Assembly: GCA_040266055.1 (NCBI GenBank)
Contig: JBDQFC010000001.1
Coordinates: 92,648 to 156,647, forward strand
Length of the DNA: 64,000 nucleotides
Source: Candidatus Nanopelagicales bacterium
GTDB lineage: Bacteria; Actinomycetota; Actinomycetes; S36-B12
Direction of reading: 5' to 3'
The notes beneath the pieces are model-generated. The model was not told where the DNA came from, searched no databases, and was given only the letters and a program-made list of their open reading frames with translations. Below are positions 1 through 15,081 of this stretch, piece after piece. The position numbers and the translations under genes are program-made. Every line of letters begins with the position of its first letter. Position 1 is the first letter of the stretch.

Positions 1-761
1 CGGAGGAAGGTTTCGACACCGAGCTCGCCGAGGATGATCTTCTCTCTGAAGATGACTTCCTAAGTGAGGACGATTTCACAACCGACGACGGTTTCGAGGC
101 CGACGTCGACGCGACCTTGGGTAGCGACGATGGCGGAGACATCGACGGTGGAAACGAGATCGTGGACACCACAGATCTGGCTGCCGATCTCGACCTAGCC
201 GGTCTTGATTCCGAATTTGTTATCGAGCAGTGGCAAGCGTCGGTGGCGATCGCCGTCGCATGCGTGGTCGGGTTCATTGCGCTGAATCTGGTTCGTGGGC
301 GGCAAGGGCGTGTCTGGAAGGCAGTTCGCGACGACCCGATTGCCGCGGCGGTCTCAGGAATTTCCCCCGCAGGTTCGAAGATCAGTGCTTTTGTCATCAG
401 CAGCCTTTTCGCGGCCTTGGCGGGGGCCGTCTTTGCCCAGATTTTGAGTTACGTCGGCCCGGGAGCTTTCACGCTGGGCCTGTCGTTGTCGTTGCTGGTG
501 GGTGTTGTACTCGGCGGCCGCAATTCATTCATCGGCGCCATCATCGGTGCGGTCATCTTGGTGTGGCTCCCTGAGTTCGTCCTTGAGCTGTCCGCCGATA
601 GGGGATGGCAGGACCAGATAACCAACAACGCGCCCAACTTCATATACGGCCTGCTTGTGGTGCTAGTGGTCCTAGTGGCCCCAGGGGGCATCGTAGGAGG
701 GATTCAGGGCCTTGTGGGGCGCATCAGATCTGGCAATCGGACTGGCCCAGGAACGGGCTAG
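1..761 (+). CDS. Branched-chain amino acid ABC transporter permease, LivM-like (5' end outside window)
   Basis: Frame 3 is open from nt 3 to the stop at 759-761; the track ORF 117..761 begins at an internal TTG. The C-terminal ~150 aa match the conserved LivM half (RVWKAVRDDPIAAAVSGI, KISAFVISSLFAALAGA, LLVGVVLGGRNSFIGAIIGA) with hydrophobic helices. Confidence 0.8.
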   Translation, partial: EEGFDTELAEDDLLSEDDFLSEDDFTTDDGFEADVDATLGSDDGGDIDGGNEIVDTTDLAADLDLAGLDSEFVIEQWQASVAIAVACVVGFIALNLVRGRQGRVWKAVRDDPIAAAVSGISPAGSKISAFVISSLFAALAGAVFAQILSYVGPGAFTLGLSLSLLVGVVLGGRNSFIGAIIGAVILVWLPEFVLELSADRGWQDQITNNAPNFIYGLLVVLVVLVAPGGIVGGIQGLVGRIRSGNRTGPGTG

Positions 762-886
762 AGATGTTTGGGGGAACCGATTGCCCTTTGGTGCATATGT
801 GACTAGCCTCACGGCATCGTTTGTCACCTACCGTTCACGCCGCACCGGCGGCGTCAGGGTGACGCGCTCCACTGGGAGGGATTTAC

Positions 887-2158
887 GTGGGTAAGGCTTT
901 CGCTACGCGAGCAATCGCCGTCGCCTCAATCACGGCGTTGGGAATTGCAGGCTCAATCAGTCCAGCTTCGGCTGCAGATCCAGGTGTGACCAATTCCAAG
1001 ATCACCATCGGCATGACAACGCCTCTGACGGGGCCAGCTGCGCCAGGCTACAAAGATATTTATCCGGCCGCCAAGGCTTACTTCGACTACGTAAACGCCA
1101 ACGGGGGGATCAACGGCCGCAAGGTCGACCTCAAGGTCTACGACGATGCCTACAACCCGGCCAAGACCAAGGTGGGCACCAACCAACTCATCAACCGCGA
1201 CAAGATCTTCGCGATGTACGGAGCGCTGGGCACCCCCACTCACTCCGCCGTTGTCCGTGACCTCAACCGTCGCGGTATCCCTGACGTTTTCGTCAACACC
1301 GGTGGAGCTGCATTTGATAATCCCCGCCGGTACCCGATGACCTTCCCGTACTTCCCGTCCTACATCGTGGAAGCCAAGGCGATGGGGTACTACATCAATG
1401 AAACGTCCTCGCTGAAGGGCAAGCGTGCCTGTCTTATGTATCAGGACGGCGAGTTCGGTGACAACGCCAAGACGGGTTTCAAGGCAGCTGGAATCAACTT
1501 TGCAGCCGAGACCTCTTACTACTCCGGGCAGCAGCTGGCAGGGTTCGCTTCTCAGGTGACCACTCTCGCCCGCGCGCAGTGCGAACTGGTGGTCTTCTTC
1601 GGTGTGACGTCGGCGACCGCGGTGCTGCTCGGTACGGCCGCTAAGGCCGGCTTCAAGCCAACGTGGATGGTCACCTCCGTCGGTTCCGATCCGGACATCA
1701 TCGGGGCGCTGGCCGGTTCGAAGGCCTTGCTGAACGACGTATACGTCCCCAGCTGGATCGAGCCGATTCAGAACACGAAGAACGCTTACGTCAGGCAAAT
1801 GAAGGTCATCGCCGACCGCGCGAAGCTGCCGTGGAACTTCTACACCTACTACGGCATCAACACCGCCTACGTTCTCGCTCAAGCCCTGGAGTCTGCGGGA
1901 CCGAATCTCACGCGCAAGGGTTTTGTGAGTGCGCTTGAGAAGAACGCGAGTTCTTTCCGCTCGGCCGCCGTTGTGCCGATGCGCTTCAGTAAGTCTTCGC
2001 ACCAGGGTCTGACCGGCTTCTACATGGGCCAGTACGACGCCGCGGGGAACGTTGATCGCCTCACCAACTACATCATGGTTGCGACCAGTTCGAGCTCCGG
2101 CAAGGCGAAGAAAGCCTCATACCGCCCTGCCGGCCCGACCAAGAAGCTGCTGCCGTAA
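887..2158 (+). CDS. ABC transporter substrate-binding protein, LivK/Peripla_BP_6-like, secreted
   Basis: GTG start preceded by GGGAGGG. Signal peptide MGKAFATRAIAVASITALGIAGSISPASAA. Body resembles Leu/Ile/Val-binding proteins (ITIGMTTPLTGPAAPGY, NGGINGRKV, YDDAYNP). Follows the LivM-like permease. Confidence 0.85.
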   Translation: MGKAFATRAIAVASITALGIAGSISPASAADPGVTNSKITIGMTTPLTGPAAPGYKDIYPAAKAYFDYVNANGGINGRKVDLKVYDDAYNPAKTKVGTNQLINRDKIFAMYGALGTPTHSAVVRDLNRRGIPDVFVNTGGAAFDNPRRYPMTFPYFPSYIVEAKAMGYYINETSSLKGKRACLMYQDGEFGDNAKTGFKAAGINFAAETSYYSGQQLAGFASQVTTLARAQCELVVFFGVTSATAVLLGTAAKAGFKPTWMVTSVGSDPDIIGALAGSKALLNDVYVPSWIEPIQNTKNAYVRQMKVIADRAKLPWNFYTYYGINTAYVLAQALESAGPNLTRKGFVSALEKNASSFRSAAVVPMRFSKSSHQGLTGFYMGQYDAAGNVDRLTNYIMVATSSSSGKAKKASYRPAGPTKKLLP

Positions 2159-2186
2159 CCGGCGCGTAGCGAAAGAAAGGATTGCA

Positions 2187-3896
2187 ATGAGAATCTCTTT
2201 GTCGCGCCGCGCCACTGCGGTGGTCGCTGCTCTCGGGCTAGCACTTGTAGCTGTCCCGGCGACGGCACCCGCGGCTAACGCCGACGACCACGCTTGCGGT
2301 CTCGGTGAAGTCTGCTCGGGTGCTCTCACCGGTTCGTTGGGAGACAGCCCGTATCAGATCGTCATGCCACCCAAATTCAATGGAACCGTGCTGCTGTACT
2401 CGCACGGATACCGGATCGCACAGCCGGTTCCCGCAGCCATCGGTACGGCGCTGGGCATGGACAAGGCCCCCTACTACTCCTCGACAACGGTGCCAGGAGT
2501 GGGGGCAGCATTCGTCGGCAACGACATTGCTCAAGTCGCGCCGAGTGCTGAGGTCGCGGCTGGCCTCCTCGGTCAGGGCTACGCCCTGGCGGGCGCGGGG
2601 TACGCGAATCAGGGCTGGGCTGTAGCCGAAGGTGTCGAAGCCGGCGAGAACCTCATCAGGTACATCAACGGTGGGGGCATCAAGGGCGCCAAGCAGATCC
2701 TCGCTTGGGGCGATTCGATGGGTTCGGTGGTGACGCAGGCTCTCGTCCAGCGCAACCCCGGCAAGATCGCCGGCACGAATCCCCGATGCGGTGCATTGGC
2801 GGGTCCGGAAGCGGCTTTCGACACTGCTCAAACGGTCCTCTACACGTGGAAGACCCTGATCGATCCAACTCTCAAGGGATCGAACTACTCGGCAGGAGCG
2901 GCCGGCTACGCGGAAGCTGTCGGAGATCTGGCAAAGATTTTCGGCACCATCAATGCTGTCGCAACGGGACAAGCGACCGTCTCATCAGCCGGCTACCCGA
3001 TCGCGTTGGCGAACCTGCTCTCGGGCCTACTGGCTGGGCTTCCGACCGTCTCCTCGACCTATGACGGCGTCACCGTGAACCCCGCGGTGGCAACTCTCGG
3101 AACCGCGGGGGCACTTGCGGGTGGCTACTCGCCGCTGTCATCGGGGCAAAGCGCGGCGGCAGCAATGCTGCAAAACGTCGCGGGAGCGGCGGCGCTTGGA
3201 ATCATGGGTCAATACGAGCTCGAGCAACGAGTTCGCCTTATCGGTGGCCTTGCGCCGACGGACAGCGCCAACTTCACGAGCAACGTGGGCGTGAACTACA
3301 GCGAGCTCCTCTCGCCCGAACAGCGTGGTGAGTTCGCTGACACCTTCGCCACCGCTGGGCCTGGTGTTCTGGATGCGATGCTGGCTGCCTTGGCTGCCGG
3401 AGAGCGCACGCCGGCAAACCCGGTGGCCGTTCAGATTGTCCAGGCGCTACCGAGTGCTGAGGCTGTCTACGGCAAGCCCATGGTTCTGCTCACCGACACC
3501 TACGATCCGGTGACACCGGCGGGGAATGCTGGTGGGTTCTTCGATGGCGTGAGGGACTCCAAGAAGGGCAAGCAGGCCGCTAAGCGAGGCAACCTGAAGG
3601 CCGTTTCCTACTACGCGGTTCCGCCGGCCGATGGTTGGACGAGGTTCGAGGAAGGGGCCAAGTCCCCCAGCGGCGCACTGTCTGCCGCTGCTCTCGGCGG
3701 CTCGGGTGTCGGCCACTGTGCCTTCACCACGGAACAGTCCGTTGGCTCGATAGCGGCGCTCGAGGCACTTCTCAAGGCGAATAACGCTAAGAAGATCGCT
3801 GCCGCAAAGCGAGTCGGCTACAAGGTCGGGGGAATAAACAAGGATCGGCTCTACGAGCCGCCCGCCTTGAAGAACCCGGCTGCCACCGTTAGGTAA
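2187..3896 (+). CDS. Secreted hypothetical protein, putative serine hydrolase (GDSMG nucleophile-elbow motif)
   Basis: ATG at 2187 with GAAAGAAAGG upstream, giving signal peptide MRISLSRRATAVVAALGLALVAVPATAPAANA. The track start at 2052 overlaps the preceding gene. Motifs LLYSHGY and AWGDSMGS suggest an alpha/beta-hydrolase fold. Family not recognised. Confidence 0.55.
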   Translation: MRISLSRRATAVVAALGLALVAVPATAPAANADDHACGLGEVCSGALTGSLGDSPYQIVMPPKFNGTVLLYSHGYRIAQPVPAAIGTALGMDKAPYYSSTTVPGVGAAFVGNDIAQVAPSAEVAAGLLGQGYALAGAGYANQGWAVAEGVEAGENLIRYINGGGIKGAKQILAWGDSMGSVVTQALVQRNPGKIAGTNPRCGALAGPEAAFDTAQTVLYTWKTLIDPTLKGSNYSAGAAGYAEAVGDLAKIFGTINAVATGQATVSSAGYPIALANLLSGLLAGLPTVSSTYDGVTVNPAVATLGTAGALAGGYSPLSSGQSAAAAMLQNVAGAAALGIMGQYELEQRVRLIGGLAPTDSANFTSNVGVNYSELLSPEQRGEFADTFATAGPGVLDAMLAALAAGERTPANPVAVQIVQALPSAEAVYGKPMVLLTDTYDPVTPAGNAGGFFDGVRDSKKGKQAAKRGNLKAVSYYAVPPADGWTRFEEGAKSPSGALSAAALGGSGVGHCAFTTEQSVGSIAALEALLKANNAKKIAAAKRVGYKVGGINKDRLYEPPALKNPAATVR

Positions 3897-3914
3897 ACGG
3901 CACCGCATAACGAA

Positions 3915-3947
3915 CGAAGGGTCGGCCCCGTTTGGGCCGGCCCTTCG
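3915..3947 (+). terminator. Intrinsic terminator hairpin after the secreted hydrolase gene
   Basis: 14-bp stem cgaagggtcggccc / gggccggcccttcg (one G-U), 5-nt loop, followed by tctttc. Confidence 0.6.
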
Positions 3948-4173
3948 TCTTTCCCGGCTTCCCGCATACCCCGATGTAGAAGCGGATGGTCAGTTGCCGT
4001 ACTGTTCAGCCCGCCGAAGACCGCAGGTCACTCGATCAACCGATCGAGTCGAAGGCCCCGCAGCAGCGGGTGGCCCGCGCAGGTGAGTGTGTCAGTTCGC
4101 TGCCGCCCACATCTGCGCGCGTGCTCCCCTTGTGAAGGATCCCTCGTTCGGTCCGTACAAGGAGGGAGACCCG
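3948..4173 (+). promoter_or_regulatory. rplJ 5' leader region (candidate L10-L12 autoregulatory leader; contains a TACTGT -10-like hexamer at 4000-4005)
   Basis: 226-nt non-coding gap before rplJ with local hairpins (e.g. ctcgatc-aacc-gatcgag near 4031-4048). L10 leaders are known upstream of rplJ in Gram-positive bacteria. No covariance search possible here. Confidence 0.3.
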
Positions 4174-4872
4174 ATGGCCCGGCAAGACAAAGTCGAGACT
4201 GTCGCCGAGATCACCGATCGGTTCAGGTCCTCTGCTGTCGCCGTTCTCACTGACTACCGGGGACTTTCTGTAGCCCAACTCAAGGAACTTCGTCGTTCCT
4301 TGGGATCGGCTGTGACGTTCTCCGTCGTCAAGAACACGCTGACCAAGCGCGCGGCCGCCGAGGCAGGAATCGAAGGCATTGACGATCTTCTCGTCGGCCC
4401 GAGCGCGATTGCGTTCGTCCAGGGTGACCCGGTGGAGGCTGCCAAGGGCATCCGCAACTTCGCAAAGGACAACCCGGCACTAGTCGTCAAGGGCGGCTAC
4501 ATGGACGGTGGGATCCTCACCCCCGAGGATTTTGCCAAGTTCGCCGATCTGGAATCTCGCGAGGTGCTGCTGTCCAAGCTCGCCGGCGCGATGAAGGCAA
4601 AGCAGTCTCAGGCTGCCGCGCTCTTCGCCGCACCACTCGCCCAGGCTGCACGCGCGTTCGGCGCGTTGCAGACCAAGGTCGAGGCAGATCCGTCCGCAGC
4701 AGCCGCTGCGGCCACCGAAGCTCCGGCTGCCACCGAGGCACCCGAAGCCGCCGATGAGGCACCTGCTGAGGAAACCGTTGACGCAACGGCCACCGAGGCA
4801 CCCGCATCCCTGGAAGCGGAGACCGTAGAGACCCCCGAGGCCGCAGAGGCCGAGGAGACAACCGAGGGCTGA
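4174..4872 (+). CDS. rplJ: 50S ribosomal protein L10 (uL10) with ~60-aa acidic A/E/T/P-rich C-terminal tail
   Basis: ATG at 4174 after [53 protein letters not shown] is typical L10. The track ORF start at 4087 is an upstream extension. Confidence 0.95.
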   Translation: MARQDKVETVAEITDRFRSSAVAVLTDYRGLSVAQLKELRRSLGSAVTFSVVKNTLTKRAAAEAGIEGIDDLLVGPSAIAFVQGDPVEAAKGIRNFAKDNPALVVKGGYMDGGILTPEDFAKFADLESREVLLSKLAGAMKAKQSQAAALFAAPLAQAARAFGALQTKVEADPSAAAAAATEAPAATEAPEAADEAPAEETVDATATEAPASLEAETVETPEAAEAEETTEG

Positions 4873-4916
4873 TGCCCACCCGGCCCTCGGCCGGAATTAC
4901 CCGAAAGGACGCCACC

Positions 4917-5309
4917 ATGGCGAAGATGAGCACCGATGAATTGTTGGACGCGTTCAAGGAGATGTCCCTCCTTGAACTAAGCGAGTTCGTGAAGGCCTTC
5001 GAGGAGACCTTTGACGTCACCGCTGCCGCCCCCGTTGCCGTCGCGGCTGCTGCCCCGGCTGCTGGTGGAGGCGACGCCGGTGGCGCCGCCGAGGAGCAGG
5101 ACGAGTTCGACGTCGTCCTCGAGGCCGACGGCGGCAACAAGATCGCCGTCATCAAGGAGGTCCGCGGACTGACCAGCCTGGGCCTGAAGGAGGCCAAGGA
5201 ACTCGTCGAGAGTGCACCAAAGGCCATCTTGGAGAAGGTGAACAAGGAAAAGGCTGAAGAGGCCAAGGCCGCCCTCGAGGGCGCTGGCGCCACCGTCACC
5301 CTCAAGTAG
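4917..5309 (+). CDS. rplL: 50S ribosomal protein L7/L12 (bL12)
   Basis: [34 protein letters not shown] ... [23 protein letters not shown] ... GATVTLK. ATG at 4917 with GAAAGGA upstream. Confidence 0.97.
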   Translation: MAKMSTDELLDAFKEMSLLELSEFVKAFEETFDVTAAAPVAVAAAAPAAGGGDAGGAAEEQDEFDVVLEADGGNKIAVIKEVRGLTSLGLKEAKELVESAPKAILEKVNKEKAEEAKAALEGAGATVTLK

Positions 5310-5331
5310 TTCTCAGGAGCGACTGCTCCAA

Positions 5332-5368
5332 GCGAAGGGGGCTGATCCACGGGTCGGCCCCCTTTCGC
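5332..5368 (+). terminator. Possible terminator/attenuator hairpin after rplL
   Basis: gcgaagggggc ... gccccct(t)tcgc stem with one bulge and a 14-nt loop. Weak U-tail. Confidence 0.4.
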
Positions 5369-5581
5369 ATGCCCAGATTTGTGTTACGACCCGGACACGA
5401 ATCGTCGAATTTCGCCTGTGTCCGCTTGACCTTTCGGCGATCGGGGGTCACGATTTACGCACGCACACACCCGGTGCGGATCCGTCAGGACGAGGATCGA
5501 GCCAGGTGAGGCAGGGGATCGGTTCGCTGTCACCCCCCGCCGCCCGGCCCGTTCGAGGGACTGTCGAGAGCACCCCCCGGG

Positions 5582-5611
5582 TTAGACAGCGGCGTGCCCC
5601 CCGGGTATGCT
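5582..5611 (+). promoter_or_regulatory. Candidate rpoBC promoter (TTAGAC -18 nt- TATGCT)
   Basis: -35-like TTAGAC 5582-5587 and TAnnnT-type -10 TATGCT 5606-5611, 138 nt upstream of the rpoB start. Sequence match only. Confidence 0.35.
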
Positions 5612-5748
5612 GCCGCTTTGCGCTGCCCTCATCACTCACTCGATCCGAGCAGTCGTCTGTGCCTTCGGGTCAGATTTGACAGCTCGGAGCCAATGAGTGT
5701 GCGCGGGCCTCGCGAAGAAGACGCAGATGCGCCCTGGAAGGAACCGTC

Positions 5749-9213
<3,465 letters not shown>

Positions 9214-9260
9214 ACGCGACATCCACGAATTGAAGACCGGAACTAACGAAGGAAAACCAC

Positions 9261-13139
<3,879 letters not shown>

Positions 13140-13161
13140 GCCGACATCTTTGTCAGGCGTC

Positions 13162-13839
13162 CTAGAAGGACGCGAACGGGAAGGGGAACCCTTGTGGTTC
13201 CCCTTCTTCGTTTTGTTTTCTGGTGAGCATCAGCCATAGATGCAGGTCCGGTAGGGAGCGAATGGGTAGATCTCCGGTCACGCCGCGGACGCCAACGGTC
13301 TGCATGCCAGCTGCTCGACCAGATTCGATCCCGACCTCGGTGTCCTCGACGACTACGCAGTCGTCGGGTCCGAACTCCAGGAGTTCAGCGGCCTTGAGGT
13401 ATCCGTCGGGGGCGGGTTTACCTCGTTTGAGTTGATCGCGGGTGACGAGCACTGGCGGATCGATTCCTGCCGCGCCCAATCGGGCGCGTGCAAGGCGATC
13501 GTCGGCACTGGTGTGAACAGCCCAGGCGATTGCTGCGTCGTACATGAAGGCGATCAACTCCTGCGCACCGTCGATCGCGGTGATGCCCATGACGTCGTCG
13601 TATTGAAGTTCGAGTTGCTCGTGAGCTGCGGCTTCGATCTCGGCATCGGAGGCGCCGGTGAGCCATCGTGCTGCGGTCACCTCGGCGGGCAGGCCATGCG
13701 CGTCTCTCAGCAGGTCCGAGGCATCGATGCCGCGTCGCTGTGCCCAGATGGTCCACGCGCGCTCCACGTTGTCGTGCGACTCCACCAAAGTGCCATCCAT
13801 GTCGAACAGCACTGCGCGAGGCCAAATGTCCATGACCAC
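13162..13839 (-). CDS. HAD-superfamily hydrolase (beta-phosphoglucomutase/phosphatase-like)
   Basis: N-terminal DxDGT motif (AVLFDMDGTLVES), later KRGKPAPDGY and VVEDTEVGIESGRAAG, the typical HAD-IA motifs I-IV. Confidence 0.85.
   Translation of the reverse strand: MVMDIWPRAVLFDMDGTLVESHDNVERAWTIWAQRRGIDASDLLRDAHGLPAEVTAARWLTGASDAEIEAAAHEQLELQYDDVMGITAIDGAQELIAFMYDAAIAWAVHTSADDRLARARLGAAGIDPPVLVTRDQLKRGKPAPDGYLKAAELLEFGPDDCVVVEDTEVGIESGRAAGMQTVGVRGVTGDLPIRSLPDLHLWLMLTRKQNEEGEPQGFPFPFASF
13180..13220 (+). terminator. Intrinsic terminator of rpoC
   Basis: 11-bp stem gaaggggaacc / ggttccccttc, loop cttgt, then ttcgttttgttttc. Lies inside the 3' end of the convergent HAD ORF. Confidence 0.7.
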
Positions 13840-13904
13840 ATAGTGTCGCCTCAGTAATCGCCAAGATGCACGACGTCAGTGGGAATGCGTGAGATGCTGC
13901 GGGT

Positions 13905-14378
13905 ATGTCGACCCCTGGCGATTCAACGGACGATCAACCCGGCCAACCCGGCCAACCCGGCCAACCGCAAGAGCCGGGTATGCCCGCAGCTGAGCCGGCA
14001 CCCGAGGCTGAGATCAGTCCGGCAGTGACCCCGCAGTGGCCCTCGAGTCCTGCTGCGCCTGGGGGGCAAGTTCCGCCGCCTCCTCCTCCTGCCTATGGGC
14101 CCACCCCGCAGACCTCCAACAACGCGGTTGCAGCCCTGGTCTTGTCCATTACCTCGTGGGTCTTTTGCCCGGTCATCCCAGCCATCATCGCGCTGGTGTT
14201 CGCGAGCAAGGCCGACAAGGAAATCGCCGCGAGCAACGGCTGGGTCACCGGGGGAGGCATGGTCACCGCCTCGAAGATCGTCTCGTGGATAAATATCGGC
14301 CTCTATGCGGCGCTGATCGCGATCGGGCTGATCATCTTCGTCATCGCGGTCGTTGGTGGGGCCCTGTCCTCGATGTAG
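13905..14378 (+). CDS. DUF4190-like small membrane protein with Pro/Gln-rich N-terminus
   Basis: Pro-rich N-terminus followed by two TM helices with the DUF4190-type pattern (NAVAALVLSITSWVFCPVIPAIIALVFASKADKEI ... GLYAALIAIGLIIFVI). Confidence 0.7.
   Translation: MSTPGDSTDDQPGQPGQPGQPQEPGMPAAEPAPEAEISPAVTPQWPSSPAAPGGQVPPPPPPAYGPTPQTSNNAVAALVLSITSWVFCPVIPAIIALVFASKADKEIAASNGWVTGGGMVTASKIVSWINIGLYAALIAIGLIIFVIAVVGGALSSM
13936..13968 (+). repeat. 9-bp tandem repeat (caacccggc x3.6) encoding (QPG)n
   Basis: caacccggc caacccggc caacccggc caaccg read directly from sequence. In frame within the DUF4190 gene. Confidence 0.9.
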
Positions 14379-14469
14379 CCCTGCCCGATACGGCGTCGTT
14401 AGTGGCCGCGATCGGGGGTGATTTTGGGGCCGCAAACGACGCCGGAATTCCGGGAGTGGGACCCCGGTT

Positions 14470-14498
14470 TTGACGCGCTGGTGACCCCCGGGTACTGT
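14470..14498 (+). promoter_or_regulatory. Candidate str-operon promoter (TTGACG -17 nt- TACTGT)
   Basis: TTGACG 14470-14475, 17-nt spacer, TACTGT 14493-14498. Implies a ~200-nt rpsL leader. The same TTGACx-17-TACTGT layout occurs at groES. Confidence 0.45.
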
Positions 14499-14706
14499 TT
14501 CTCCTCGTGCCCGGCCCCGGGCACATCCTGCGGTGCACGGCTTCCCCTCGAAGAGGTGCGCAGGTCCACTGGACGGTAGTCCGAGGACCGGGATCCAACG
14601 ACGACGAGACGGCGTTTTCGTGCGCTCCGAAAGGTGCGACACGCCCGACCGCGTGGGTCGGGTCCGCAGGGGGCAAGGAAAGAACGAAGAGTAGGAGAGG
14701 CGCCCC

Positions 14707-15081
14707 GTGCCCACTATCCAGCAGCTGGTCCGTAAGGGCCGCCAGGACAAGGTCTCCAAGACCAAGGCACCTGCCCTGAAGGGCAGCCCGCAGCGTCGTG
14801 GCGTGTGTACCCGCGTGTACACCACCACACCTAAGAAGCCGAACTCCGCTCTTCGCAAGGTCGCCCGTGTCCGACTGACGTCGGGCATTGAGGTAACTGC
14901 CTACATTCCCGGCGTCGGTCACAACCTCCAGGAGCACTCCATAGTCCTGGTTCGTGGCGGCCGTGTCCGCGACCTCCCCGGTGTCCGCTACAAGGTCATA
15001 CGCGGTGCACTCGACACCCAGGGAGTCAAGAACCGCAAGCAAGCCCGTTCCCGCTACGGAGCGAAGAAGGAGAAGGGCTAA
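14707..15081 (+). CDS. rpsL: 30S ribosomal protein S12 (uS12)
   Basis: GTG start after [64 protein letters not shown]. Confidence 0.98.
   Translation: MPTIQQLVRKGRQDKVSKTKAPALKGSPQRRGVCTRVYTTTPKKPNSALRKVARVRLTSGIEVTAYIPGVGHNLQEHSIVLVRGGRVRDLPGVRYKVIRGALDTQGVKNRKQARSRYGAKKEKG

Noticed and set aside
2052-2186. Track start of the 614-aa ORF at 2052, overlapping the substrate-binding protein gene by 107 nt
   Set aside because: ATG 2187 has an RBS-like GAAAGAAAGG upstream and yields a textbook signal peptide at the N-terminus. The upstream extension is Arg/Pro-rich out-of-frame read-through of the previous gene.
3977-4005. Calling a full promoter for rplJ from the GTACTGTT motif at 3999-4006
   Set aside because: There is no acceptable -35 (TAGAAG or GTAGAA at 17-18 nt). 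It is retained only as part of the shared-motif observation, not as a feature.
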